A stretch of DNA of 63,812 bases, filler included, from Sphacelaria rigidula (lineage: Eukaryota), in NCBI GenBank assembly GCA_964200075.2. It is 4 parts of 4 records of this genome, joined end to end, with 100 filler letters (N's around TTAATTAATTAA, not from the genome) between each part and the next. Parts side by side here need not be neighbours in the genome. Positions count along the whole stretch, not along the records: positions 47,943 to 63,812 come from CAXNAA020001561.1; 3 more parts are not named here. One strand, written 5' to 3'. Position 1 is the first letter of the stretch. Each line of letters starts with the position of its first letter. Under the pieces are notes generated by a model, which was given only the letters and a program-made list of their open reading frames with translations, ran no database searches and had not been told where the DNA came from. The position numbers and the translations under genes were made by a program. Below, in pieces: positions 49,546 through 62,426 of this stretch.

Positions 49546-49884
49546 GGAGGGATATACTCATGATCTTGCATGGGTGGAGGGGGGCGGGGGGAGAGTGAAG
49601 AAAGGATCAAGACGTTAGTGCCAATTTGTTTCAACCCAGCACACAAAAGAAGCTAACGAGGTACCTTAGAATCTGCCTTTTGCCTGACGTCACACCAACC
49701 CACGCAACACGAAACTTGATGCGTCGAGTTGAAGCAGACTCGCCATACATTGTATGCATGGGAAAGAGTACCTCGTCTCGGCACGAACGGAGTTGTGATG
49801 TACGGTCATTCGTACGACGTGATATTTTCCCAAAACTTGGAAAGGTGTGTTTCCACACAGAACTCTTCTCCACGAAGCGTATAT

Positions 49885-50810
49885 GTGTTCAAGGTTCCCC
49901 TTCGGGAGGTTGGTACGGGCCTCCCGGGGGTGACGCAAGTCGAAAATATATGGTCGAAAGAGGCTGTTGTATCTCAATGTATAGTAGTGATTGTTGCTAC
50001 ACAAAACATCGCATGTGTTATCGGATGTCGTTCGGAAATATGAGAATCCGGACGGAGGCCGACGGCGGAACCGCCGGCGTAGGACATGTGTTGGTATACC
50101 CGAGGTGCCGGAGTGCGAAATAGCTCTCGTGCCACAAAGATATGACAGCGGGAGGCACTCTCGAAGAATTGGAATGCGTGAAACATTCTTGGCGTGTTCT
50201 TTGTACATCACTGTGGCTTCCGCATCACCGGGCCTTTTTTCAGAGCAGGGTGATCGTTTTTGCGGCAAAACATTCGTGTGCTGCCGCGCTGCTGTGCCTT
50301 GTTCAATTCGCCAACGCCCCATTGCTCGGTCTTGAGTTTGCTGCTGACTAAGGCCAAGGTAACGTTCACTTGTTTTCGACTAATTTTCTCTCATGTTCTC
50401 GTGACACTGGTGGCATCGCTGGTGTGTTCGTGCTCCCAAATAGACGAGAACGCGAGAAAGAGAAACACGGGGGGAAAATATCCCGCCAAAAGTAAGCCTG
50501 TTTGAAGTTTTCCATGATCTTCAACAGGCCTTTTTCAGGGTTCGGGTTCTTGTGTGAAGTTTTCCATTATCTTGAAAAGGACTTTGTGGTTCGAGATCGA
50601 CACGCCGCGAAAAGGTGCCAGTTTGAGCGACTTTCGGTGGCCAGAACACGCGCCATACCAGATGGCACCCAAATCTGAACGGTAACGTACCACCGAGCGT
50701 TCTTGGTGCGCTGCAGAAGAAAGCGCGGGAAAGAATGCCTTGACGTCAGAGAAAACTCGACAAAAGTGGTGAAAAATGTGTAATGATACATATACATATG
50801 GATATATATG
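49885..50810 (-). repeat. Non-autonomous element family D, copy 1 (inverted relative to 60695-61670)
   Basis: Shares the hairpin end ggttccccttcgggaggttggtacgggcctcccgggggtgacgcaagtcga and a ~470-bp block (50340-50800) with copy 2. Confidence 0.75.
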
Positions 50811-51719
50811 GATATATAGAGAATCTTCGCTGGCAGGAAGCAGGTTCGTCCACCGAATGTTCACCTCGTGTAGAAAGGCAGTAAGATACATTCACAAAAA
50901 GTAGATGGGAAAGGTTGACCAAAGGACGGCATCACCCGTGTCGAACAACTCCTGGGAACTCGATGCGGGCAGATGCTCAGCGGGAGGTGAGTCCTTGCAC
51001 ATTCTGTACAAGAAATCTCGACAATATTGGAAAAAACCAACAAACCCTGCTGTCCAGAACTTCCTGACAATATCCCTGTACTGACGTACTACGGAGGAAG
51101 AAGAGGAGATGTTAATACATCGAACGAAGACAAATTTAGAGTCCAGCCCGCGTCAGCGGTGGGAACGTGAGTTTGCGAAGAAGCGTTTGTGACTGTTGTG
51201 TGTAAGATTTTCCGCAAACTTCGTGACTCGCAGAGAGCATTCTGCGGTCCGAACGAAAAAAACGGTAATCTCATTAACGTCTTCATCTTGAACACAGAAA
51301 ACCAACAATGGGTGAATCAAGCACCACTGGTTAGACCATACAGCCTCGCTTATTCAATGTCAATTCTGGTTTTGTTAAATGTCAACTGTTGCGCAAGGAA
51401 CCATGACTCACCTGCGGCAGGAATCCAGCAACATGTCCGTCTGCGACCACCAAATAGCACCGCTCCCCAAAAGGGGGAGTACCTTAGTCGATTGGCGCCG
51501 ATTTAAGGAAGACGACAGGCAAAGTGGATCGTTTCATCAGCACTTCTGTCGATATTGCCGTACAATCCCCATATTCTAGCAACATGATAAAGGAGTGAAC
51601 CCAATAGTGCTGCAGAGGAGGAGAGGTGGGGGAACGAGGCCTTTGTCTCAATCCAGGGAATCTTTTCGAACTTGACTCATTATCGTATTCCCGACCCCTA
51701 TCGTCGAACCGGCTCACAC

Positions 51720-51921
51720 CTTCCACACAAAGAACGTGACGAACGCAATCGTCGGCGTCAGACGTAGGTACCGATGCAGGTACACTTGGAGCTTCCACCG
51801 ACGCCCCCTGAGTGACCCCGAATTCAACTTGGGGAGCAGCATACTGCTGAGCAGGAAGCCGGATATGAGGAAGAACGAGTCCACCGCGAAGACCCCTCCG
51901 GTGATCGTCTGTCCCGAAAAT
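51720..51921 (-). CDS. Acyltransferase family 3 (NRF-6/OafA-like membrane O-acyltransferase) exon
   Basis: CAG/GTGTGA-bounded exon FSGQTITGGVFAVDSFFLISGFLLSSMLLPKL...VYLHRYLRLTPTIAFVTFFVWK, carrying the family hallmarks VDxFFxxSGFL and HRYLRLTP. Confidence 0.88.
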
Positions 51922-53268
51922 CTGACAAGAGAGACAAGGGTAGTGGAAAGGAACAGATGCACATCGTCAAGGGTGTTGAACTTGTCTTCACGCTACGCGT
52001 CCGTGTAGGAGACAAAATTTAGTGCCGGTGAGCCAGCAGAAGGATTGAAGACACCACAGTAGACCTCCAACAAGTACGAGGCCTGGGATATCCCAGTACC
52101 TTGGCTACGTCCCACCGCAACACTGGAAACAAACAAGTTGGAGATACCCTTGGGAGAGATCGAGAAGGCGACGGTGAGAAAGAATAGAGCGGACCGGTAA
52201 GGTAAGTACTACCGGTGGTGATAGTATTTGGATTCCCTAGCGAAATGACGACGATAGAGTTCAAGAGGAAATGCAATGAAGTTGGATTGTACCTTTTGGC
52301 AATAGGGAAAGTAGAAAGGGGGGGAAAACACTTCCGAGTAAGGCAAAATCAGCGAGCGAGCAAGGAGTGGGACATGGCTGTGTCGACATGAGCTTCGAGG
52401 GTAAGCCGGAGAGTATGTCTAGCCAATGGAATAGCGAACCGAACACGTAGCCCTCGGGTAAACGAAGGTGAGGAGAAGCAGGGAAAAGTCATCGCCCTGA
52501 AAGGAAAGGGAGGGGGAAGTAGTGATCCAGAGCAAACAGACAAGGATCAAACCCGAAACGGAAAGAAGATCAAGCAAGGGAGAATGGAAGTGAAGACGAC
52601 GGAAAGAGAACACCAGGCAACAGGAGGGGAGATAGTGATCGAAACGAAAGCTGGGAACAAGGTCGTATAACGTGTGTGGATTCGCCACGGACAACCGTAA
52701 AAGAATAGAGATAACCCAACAAGTAATTAAGCTCGACCTAGATACTGTGGGAATCCAAGCGTTTTGGGCGGGAAAGAGAGGGTGGAAACAGGATGCAAAG
52801 TTGATGAGTCCGTATGGATAGGAAAAGATAAAAAGGGGCATAAACGAAGAACAGGGGAGCGGGGAGAGAAGGATTCCTAATCACGGAATACCTGTGTGAT
52901 ATCATAGAAGTGACCGAAGACACAAAAATAGACGAATGCATATGAATAAGCATACCAGGGGAGCGGGGAACGAAATGTGTTCTTAGAAGAAATTTGGTAT
53001 GCCCCTAGAGTCCAGTAGAAAAGTGAAACATGTGAAGAGGGAGTTCGAAGAGATAGCAGAATATTTACGGATGTATCAAGGGCAAGGAGAAGCAATGCTA
53101 GTGGGAGATTTTGATGAAAGGATTGTAAAGCAAGCCAACCGGTCGATAACATTGGACAGTACCGGGAAACGAAGAAGCATACGAACGGGGCAGATATGCT
53201 GAAGTTTCCTTGCGAATATCGAGATGATTATGTTGAATGATAGAGTGAAAAATATACATCCACAAACT

Positions 53269-53570
53269 GCCGCGGCCCGGTGGTGTAATGGTCCGCCTGT
53301 CGTCATTAGGGTGGAGAGAACGAGGGTTCGATTCCCGATGCGTTGGGGTTTCTCTTGGTAATATCTGATTTCCATCGTGGAAAGCGTGAGAACGTGAGCA
53401 AACAAAGTAGTCGACTGCGTTTGTTCGACGTGAGTTGACGCGGTGCGGGAGGGCTGATAGTCATGACCCAATCCGCGAGACCCAAATGCCAGACGTGTAC
53501 CGGGGAGAGGAAGGCATGGTCCCTTGATACCACGGACTCGTCTCGAGGAAGGGGAGGGGTTCAAAGTGCG
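53269..53570 (+). mobile_element. Putative tRNA-derived SINE inserted in the LINE endonuclease
   Basis: A-box-like tggtgtaatggt (~53281) and B-box ggttcgattccc (~53326). The insert interrupts the endonuclease between NDRVKNIHP and W.RKC...LDCIVV. Confidence 0.65.
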
Positions 53571-55513
53571 AAATAAAAACATATGGGCTAGAAAATGCAT
53601 GCAAATGGAATAAAGCTCCACTCTTGACTGTATAGTGGTGGAATATGGAAGAAGTAAGGAAACGGGAGTACATGTATGCGCGGCGGACGTGGGAGCTACG
53701 GATTTATATGTACAGTCGTTATGAAAAATAGGCAGGGTAGGAGGCTGTACAAAAGAGGAATAGATAAGCTAGAAATACACGAAATACAGCAACAGTTCCA
53801 AAAAGAGATGACCAAAATTTCAGTGAGATTTTCCGAGCTGTTGGAAAGCGTCCGTACAGCTTGTACCGAAATAGGAAGGGATCGGGCAAGAGCGAAGATT
53901 CTAGAGGAGTGGGAACAACCGGTCAAGACCACAGCAAGTAAAGTCCTTGGAGAGCCAACTGATCGTCTCCGACAGAGCAGTAGAATGGTGGGAAGAGGAA
54001 GTAGAAGCGGCTGTGAGAGCCAGGAGAGGGGCTCATGTAAAATAGACATCGAGTCAAACTACGGTAGGGTGGGGGGAGTACCCTAAAGCTAGAAAGGAGG
54101 GGGAAACATAGAGGAGAAGAAAAAGAAGGGGATGCGGGAGGATGTACTTCATGAAACAAATGAAAATTTCGATGGCCGGATAAAGGAAATGCGGGTAGGG
54201 ATTACAGAGATACTGGGCAAACAGGCAGGAGAGGCGGACGAGGGAATTAGCCACACGAAGAGCAAAGAGCGGCAAAATGGTTGGTAGTTCGAAGGGAAAG
54301 GGAGAAGTACTAGCAGAGCACTACCGAAAACTCGGAACACCAGCTATTAACAAGATGATCGACGCGGAATTCGTGAAAGAAACCGACGCGTGTGCACAGG
54401 CACATGTAGAGGCACCAAAACGGAAACTTGCCAAGTACCAAGAGTACTGGAATGCGTAGCTAAACTCAAGAATAGGAAGGCAGCAGGAGCAGACGAAATA
54501 GTACGTGACATTATTCACGCAGTACGTACGGGGGAGAGAAAATGGTTCCGATGATGGTCATGATGTATTATCGGATATTGGGAAGCCAGCACACACTCAA
54601 GGGGTGAAGAGAAGGAGTTGTGGTAAACATTTTCAAGAGAGGAGACAAGGCTGACCCAGGGAATATATTGAGGGATAACACTACTGCTGAGCACCGCAGG
54701 GAAAACATCCTGTAAGATTCTAAACGATAGAGTGGGAAGGATGCTGGAGAGGGGGGGGGGGGGAATCGGCGAGGGGCAAGTAGGGTCTAGACCAAACCGT
54801 CGTTGCGCAGGTCATGTGTGCACATAAGCTGAGATTATTCGAGATAGGAAAGGCGCCGGACTGAAGACGTACTATTTTTTCCTAGACGTACTAAAGGCTA
54901 TGACACGGTATGGAGAAGTGGGTTATACGGAAATATGTTGAAGTCTAGGATCAGAGGTGCAAAAGATGACAGAACGTGCGAAAAGTGTTATAATGCTAGA
55001 TGGGGAAATATCGAAATACTTCGATATCTTACAAGGAGTTGCACAAGGATATACGTTATCACCCACGCTATTCAAGGTATTTATTAACGACCCGATAATA
55101 GCAATAGGAGCAGCAAAGCAAGAAGTCACGGTGGGGGAAGATACGTTATCAGGATTGATGTTCGCGGATGATTCGTGCGGGTATCATAAACCCCAGAAGG
55201 ATTGCAGCGGCAACTAGAGAAGGCGCTAAAATACACTAGGATATGGAGAGTGACAGCGAACGTAATCAAATGCGCGGTACTTGTATGTAACGAAGATAAG
55301 AAAAACCCAGTATAGCTCGAATGGAAGTGGGGAGAGGTGGAATTGCCGATCTTAGCCCAGTATGTATACCTTGTCGTGGAGATCTCCAACAACTGTTGTT
55401 GGGATGCACACATAGAGTAGTAGAAAAGATGAGACACAAATAGGCAGGATGGACATGATCCTCAGAGACTCGCACTTTGAATCTAGGATTAAGATACGTA
55501 TTCTAATGAGAGT

Positions 55514-55763
55514 GACTGCTGCCGAGATAGCCCCCTCGCGAACCGGCCAGAAACGTTCAGGGAGGCGATGATCATAAATGCCGTTAAAGCTGGTTTCGTG
55601 CTGCACAACGCGACTCATTTGGGCGTTAGAGGGTGATTTCGGACTGCTACACGCCTCTCATGTGGACGAAATTGCTGCAAAAGAGCCCAATAGTGGGATC
55701 GCAGCCGGTTTGTCGGACGGTCTCCGGTGCACTTCCTGTGTGGGGGCTATCTCGGCATTAGTC
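55514..55763. mobile_element. MITE inserted in the LINE ORF2
   Basis: TIRs gactgctgccgagatagccccc / gggggctatctcggcattagtc; LINE sequence resumes after the insert. Confidence 0.8.
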
Positions 55764-58700
55764 GTGTGCTTTTACCAAAGCCAAAATATACAGAAGTATG
55801 GGAGGGAAACGCGAAGTTGGTGAAGCAGCTGGGAAACTTACAGATGACAGCAGTTACGTGAATACTTGGATGCTCAAAAACGACGAGTAATACAGCATTG
55901 AAAGCAGGATTGGGAATGTACTCAGTTGAAACAAACGGAGACATGAGAAAATTGAAATGCAACATAGCGTAAGGAATATGTCAAGAAGGAGATTGTCAGC
56001 TATAGTTTATACGGCTGTATGGAAGAAAGAAACGAAAGGGCAGGCTGGAATCAGGTGGGATAGTGTGGTCGAGAAAGTGTGGAACGACGCACGAGGAAGC
56101 GAAGACGAGATACTGTCCATAAGTGAAGGCCGGGGGTACAAGACAAGAGTAAGAGACATGATAGAAATAATGGTAAAAGACGCGCTAAGACCGAAAGTAG
56201 ACGAGAAAGAACACCTGACGATCTACGGGGGGCTGAGAGAAGGGAGAGGGTCGAAAACATATCTGCATGGCCCATCAGACCCTGCGAAAAAATTGAAAGT
56301 GCGATTTCAGGTGGGGGACCTGGACCTGCCAGAGAGAAGAAAGAGGTATGCCAGCAATCGGGTGGAGGAGCAAGTAAATGCACAGAATTGACCCTGCAGC
56401 AAAGTAAACGAGAGTAAACCCTTAGTACCAGAATGTGAACTATGCAAGGAGGAACGGGACGTGTCAGAGGGAAAATATATAGGATGTAAACGAAGGTGGC
56501 ATGAAATCGCTTGGTACATCAAGTGGTCGCGAGAATACAATCGCTATACTTGGAGATAGACGGTGACCACAGACGGCGAAACAGGAAAGGGATAAGATTT
56601 TAAAGGGTCCTCGTGCAATGTACGGGAGAAATGTGATGAGCGCCCAACTGTTGGAGGTATCTCGGAAGGCATCCATGGTCAACGGTCGAATGACCCAAGT
56701 CAAGCAACAAATGAGTATGCCCCCCCCTCCCCCCTCTCTCTCCAGACGCCTAGGTTGGCGTCGAGCGGTCAACGGGACTCAAACAGCACACGAAGTAAAT
56801 CACATTCCGTATGTTTCCCTGTGACTGCTATCTACGGTACCACCTCCTTGCCCCCAAAAACGGTTGATACGTCCTTGATTTTAGTGTGGGGCCATCATAA
56901 TCAGATCTTCAAAGAACTGAGACTCCCGAGTGCTCCCCTCGCGTGCAGCACCCTTTTTCGCTCAACTCGGCGCCGATATGAGCTTTGTCAACGCAAAGCT
57001 TGCCTCGAACACCATACACATATCCCTTGCCCGAGAATTCTCGGTATGCCTTCGGTTGGGGTCGGAGTTAGGATTATATCTAGAGTGTGAAGAGTTCGGT
57101 ATGCTTCAGAACGTGGGAATTCGAAGACGAACTCGGGTTAAACCCACTCGGGAACACGTTTAAATCTTTTCACGTGTTTGGGGAGCAGTGCTCAGTGCTC
57201 AGCTCAATTTTTCTCTTGGGCTTTTGAAAAGACCCTTCGCCCTCCAATAGAACGCTTCACTCGTAGGGGAACATAGCGTTGGATCACAAGGCAAAGGATA
57301 TACGTGATATAGACATGATACAAACGTAACGTACAACTAGACGTCAGTATCTGCGGCCTATTGTCTCCGGCTAGAGAAGGCATAACTCTAGCAGTAGCCA
57401 TTGATCACGTTGGGTCATAATCGTTCACATGTGCATGAAACACTGGAGGGATTGACCTCCGGGAGAGCCTGCGTGCGCTAGCGTCTACCCACGCAAGGGG
57501 GAATAAACAAAATAGTTCGCCTACGTTACCGCTGCGAAGACCGTGGGGAAATGGCACTCAAGGACCGGGAATATGGGGGGGGGGGGGGGTTCAAGGACAC
57601 ATGGAGAGGAGAAGGCCTACAACCAATCCAACCTACCCCACAAGCAAGAGGCTATTACATTGGGAGAAGCAAATTTGAGAGTCGACACCGCTGACAAAAC
57701 AACAACAGCAGTAACAGCAACCGCCCGCGAGGGATTCAGGATGGAAGTAGTTGAGAAAGTGACCTCCTTTGAACCCGAATAACCCCGTTACAAGCTCCAA
57801 GACCGAGCTAATGGCAACGCCCGAGACGATATCCCACATTAGTTGGACAGGAATTTCCTCTACTGAACCTGAAGGGGTGGACGAGGCGGTTGCTGCTGCA
57901 GGCGACGCAGACATGAGAGATGATCTTAGGGGAGCTGCAGAGATTTGCAGAAATTCTCCGACGGGGGACAGTGGAGTCGTGGGCAAGGTCAATAACACCC
58001 ATGACACCGATGGCGGCCGTCTCATCTTGGTTACCATCTTCTTGTACACGCAAGCAACGGGATGGCGTGTCATCGTAATTGTCGTCGTTGCGTGTCGCTT
58101 CCTCTATTTCCCCGAGCTCCTCCTCTTCCTTTTCCTCTCCAGCATGTCTCTCGCGATCGGACTTTAAGGATGTCCATGAAATATTTACACGTTATTTCTC
58201 AACCATCCGTCACGTGATATATAAGTTCTGGTTATGTCGAGTCGACGCCAGTGAGACTATCTTGCTCACGGGTGAGAACGATAGTCACGGGGACCACAGA
58301 GGTAGACCGTAGTGACAGCGGCTTTGTTCTCGTTCTCGTATGAATGGATGTTGAGGAATCAGATGCAAACGTTGAGTGTCAGGAGAGGAGTAGTCCCGAA
58401 GATTACACTTTTCACCGGAGTATGAAAATGACCCGGAGACGGAGGGGGCATCCCCCGTGATTATTGCCATCATCATCTTGGCCCTTTGAACGCCAGGGTG
58501 GATCAGTGCACGGTTCGGACGAATAAAATCGTGATTTGACCCATATTCAACACTTGTACGAATCAAGCATACGATTCGTACACAAGTTGTGATTCGTACA
58601 TGTTTTGGGTTCGTGGTTAGTGCACACCCTGGACAATATATGGTCGATAGATGCGATAGACGAGAAGTGTACTGCATAAAGTATAGGCCTATTGCAACTA

Positions 58701-58854
58701 TTTCCGGCCGACAATAGTCGCAATAGGACTATACTTTATGCAGTAATTTTCTTGTCTATTGCAACTATTGACCATATATTGTCCAAGGTGTGGAACAGTG
58801 CGACACTACTTGAGGAGTATACATTCTCAGTTCGCGATTCGTGCTGTACACCGT

Positions 58855-60250
58855 CGAAGGTACACGCTCCCTACCTTCCATTCGTAATAGGTATGAATCT
58901 TAGGTACATGTATCCCAATTTCCATTCATGCAGCATGAATCATGGGCACGTGTTCCCCACCTCCCTTTCATACGCCATGAATCACAGGTACACGTTCCTC
59001 TATTTCCATCCATGCAGCATGAATTATGGGTATATGCTCCCCACCTTTCATTCATACGAGGTGAATCAAACGTACTTATTTCCCAATTTTCATTCAAGCA
59101 GCATGAATCAAGTGCACATGTCCCCCACCCTTCATTCATACGAGATTAATCAAGTGTACGTGTTTCCCACTTTTCATGTATGCAGCATGAATCATACGTA
59201 CATGTTCCCCGCATTATATTCAAATACTTTCATCATGAGAAGAACATATTTGTTTGCCACCTGTCATTTCATGGGGCGCGACTCTTCGGTGGCGCGGCCT
59301 TTTTTGCAGGCAGGATTGGTAATAAGAGTGTGCAGGTCACGAACGCCTTCAGCGCCATACTCACAATAAACCTAATTGCAAATGCTGTACTCAAAGGTAA
59401 CACGGCACATCATATACAGCGTCTATGTGCCCGGAGCGGTTCTGCTACCCATTCATTTTCGCGAGCTATGCTATTGACACCGTTTTGTGGTTAAATATTG
59501 TGTGCTGAGTTACAGTACCTACCGTATACAATACCACGAACACCTGCGAAGACACCATCAGCATGTTCGCGGGAGCTTTTCGGAAACTCCAGCAGCATTC
59601 ACTGCAAGTCGCAGACAGTACGGCACAGCATAGCACAGCATGGCACAGCACGAATCTGCCTCGAGCGATCTTCAAGCTGTTTATTTTCTGAGTCAAGCTG
59701 TTGACGGCCTTTCTGCGGTGTCACATTATGTTCTGTGGAACAGTTGGCCTGGTTATATATAAAAAACAGTACGAAGATAACTTCAGAAAGCACCTGCAGA
59801 ACTGCAAGAGCGGTCCCCGCATGTTCCCGTGAGTTTTCGGAAACACTCTGTCAGCGCCCGCTCCAGGCAGCGGACAGTACAGTACAGTACAAAATAGAAC
59901 AGCAAAGCACTGTACAACCTGTACAGCGAACAACAGTCGACAGTAGTACGAAGCCTTCTGTTCATGCAGCGTGATTCATAGGTACATGTTCTTCACGTTT
60001 CATTCATACGAACGAATCAAGCGTATATGTTTTCCAACCCTCATTCATGCAGCATGAATTATACGCACATGTTCTCCGCCTTCCATTAATACGAGGTGAA
60101 TCATATTTCCCAATTTCCGTGAAATCAGCATAAATCAAACGTACATGATCCCCATCTTTCTCTCATACGCGATTGATGAAGTGCACCTGTTCTTCCCTCT
60201 GTGTTTCATGCGAGATTAATCGAGTGTACACGTTTCCCACCAGTGATTCA
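58855..60250. repeat. 42-bp minisatellite with alternating (84-bp dimer) units, split by a ~750-bp insert
   Basis: Unit atgaatc.....tacatgt.tccc.a.tttcattcat(gcagc|acgag); blocks at ~58855-59212 and ~59962-60250. The insert contains a ~250-bp-period direct duplication (~59540 and ~59790). Confidence 0.85.
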
Positions 60251-60694
60251 TACAGGATAATACAGGAATTATGATTTGTACACTTTTGCTCTCTTGATTC
60301 GTGTGACACTGCGTGGAATGTACATATTCCCAGATCATGATTCGTGCGGAACGACCTTGAACGTACAACTTTTCCATCCGCGATTCATACCAGATGACTC
60401 TTCGGTACATGACTCGTACTCAATATTCATGGGAAATCAACTTGTATGAACTCTGATTCGTCCCAACCGTGGATCATTAGCTGAATCGGCAGGCATCATT
60501 TTCACTCAAAATCGGGTGTGATATCCGGGTCGCCCATCCCGGCGGTCGAAGGGTTGACTATAATACAAAAAAAAATCATCGGAACCGGCACCAGACCTAT
60601 CTTGGCGTTCATCTTGTTTTTTCTCCTTCCTTTTCTTTTCTTTTTCCCCATTTTCTTGTTTATACTACGTTCATCGGTTTTTGTATTCACTCTG

Positions 60695-61670
60695 TTTTAT
60701 GTGCATGTATCACTTCACATTTTTCACCACTTTTGCCGAGTTTTCCCTGGCAGCAAGGCATCTTATCCCGCGCTTTCTTTTGCAGCGTACGAAGAAGGCG
60801 CAGCGGTATATTACCGTTCACGTTTGGGTGTCATCTGATACCTGTGGCACGTGTTCTAAGCACCGAAAGTCGCTCGAACTGGCTCTTTTTCGCGGGGTGT
60901 CGATCCTGAACCACAGAAGCCCTTTCAAGATAATGAAAACCTTCAAAAAGGAACCCGAACTACAAAGTATAAGTTCGTTCAAACAGGATAGATTTCGGCC
61001 GGGTATTTTTTTACCGTGTTTCTCTTTGTCGCGGTCTCGTTGATTTGGGAGCAAGACGACGGGGGTTATGCAGCGAATGTTACGAGAACATGAGCGAAGC
61101 AGTCGAAAACAAATGAACATTGCCTTGGCCTTAGTCAGAAGCAAACACAAGTGGTTATGGGGACCCAGCAGTCCTTGTAATCGTTCTACCTAGAACGAGA
61201 CCCACCGGTCCTGTCCATAGGAATCTTCTAACCATGAGGAGAGTTCCTCGGGTGTCCCCTACACTGCTGTGGCAGGAGGAGATTTTGTTGAATAACTGTC
61301 TGTGTACCTTGGGAGCCACGGTGCTATGTTTACGCTCCAAGCTCAAAGCCAACGCGCTCGATGCCACCAATCGGGTGTCGGCTAGACTGCTCTAAGAGAT
61401 TTGTTAAACTCTCTGTGTACCTTGGGAGCCACGGAGCTATGTTTACTCCCGAGCTCGAAGCCGACGCACACGATGCCATCAAGCTCACAGAATGTGAGCT
61501 CGACTATACACCACACCACAAACTATAAACAGGTGACCTAGACATAGTCTTGCATGCAGGGCTACACCATCATCTGTAGATGGATTAGCGTTGGTCTGGT
61601 GTGTATATATATGTTCGACTTGCGTCACCCCCGGGAGGCCCGTACCAACCTCCCAAAGGGGAACCTCGTA
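60695..61670 (+). repeat. Non-autonomous element family D, copy 2
   Basis: tcacttcacatttttcaccacttttg...gccttggccttagtcag plus terminal tcgacttgcgtcacccccgggaggcccgtaccaacctcccaaaggggaacc; reverse complement of the conserved blocks of 49885-50810. Confidence 0.75.
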
Positions 61671-62426
61671 TCGTATATTATTTCTTCCGTTCTTCATATC
61701 TTCTCCCTTTTCTCGAGTTTTTTTCAGCGAATTTTCCGCCTTGTTCACCTTGGGTATGTCTTCCTTGTTGCCAGAGCTGGGTCCATCGGGGATCACTTCG
61801 TGTGCGATAATCATCCAATCAAGCAAGCAAATCAATGTCATTTGGCGGAAGTTCCCAATACAAAATGCCCACGGGTTCAACAGCTGCAACTTCGGCAACG
61901 TTTTCGGCACGCAACGGAGACTGCTGTGCAGATCAGCACAGGCTATAATAGGGCTAGACGTAACACTGTGCGCTAGTGCTGCGAGCGTGGGTGCAGGTTT
62001 GTTTTCGGCTTTGTTGTCCTCTGTTTTGATCTATCGTTCACGATCCTTGCGCTATCTGTTTCAGATGTTCAACTTTGTTTGGACTTTCCTTGTCTAGTGG
62101 GAAGAAACGCGGATGTGGGGAAAGCTGGCTGTGCATGCGTATGTCTTGGTGAGAGACCGTTCTTTACGGTTCGTATTTTGGGGGGTCGTACTTTCCACTA
62201 TTAGTGGGACACTTGACACGGTTTTGGCCCCCAAGCAGGAAATATTGCCATCATACATCTTGGATACTTTGTATTGCCCCACCGAGGGGATCCTAGCCAA
62301 CCTTTCCGATTGGCCTGGCTCCGAGGCTTCGAGAACGGCCTCAGGACAAATATAGGGGTGAAAAAATGGCGGTGTCTGCGAGAGTGCTCCAAAAAACCGG
62401 GGGTCTACACCTTATACATGCCACAG

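Larger units (their letters stand above)
52150..56734 (+). mobile_element. Decayed near-full-length LINE (APE endonuclease + reverse transcriptase)
   Basis: Endonuclease motifs SYNVCG, LDTVGIQ, LVGDFDERI and LDCIVV. RT motifs KAAGADEI, FKRGDKADPGN, FLDVLK, GVAQGYTLSPTLFKVFIND and GLMFADD. The C-terminal region and 3' UTR end in aaatgagtatgccccccc. Many stops and frameshifts; the 5' boundary is approximate. Confidence 0.92.

Noticed and set aside
53269..53345. Functional tRNA gene
   Set aside because: A and B boxes are present, but I could not build a convincing acceptor and anticodon stem. It sits within an insertion in a LINE, which fits a SINE head better.
57633..58167. Coding exon(s) in overlapping ORFs on both strands
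   Set aside because: The composition looks coding-like, but there is no recognisable motif and neither strand nor frame could be resolved.
58692..59369. 225-aa repeat protein gene
   Set aside because: The open frame is explained by a 42-bp satellite unit; there is no domain or splice support.
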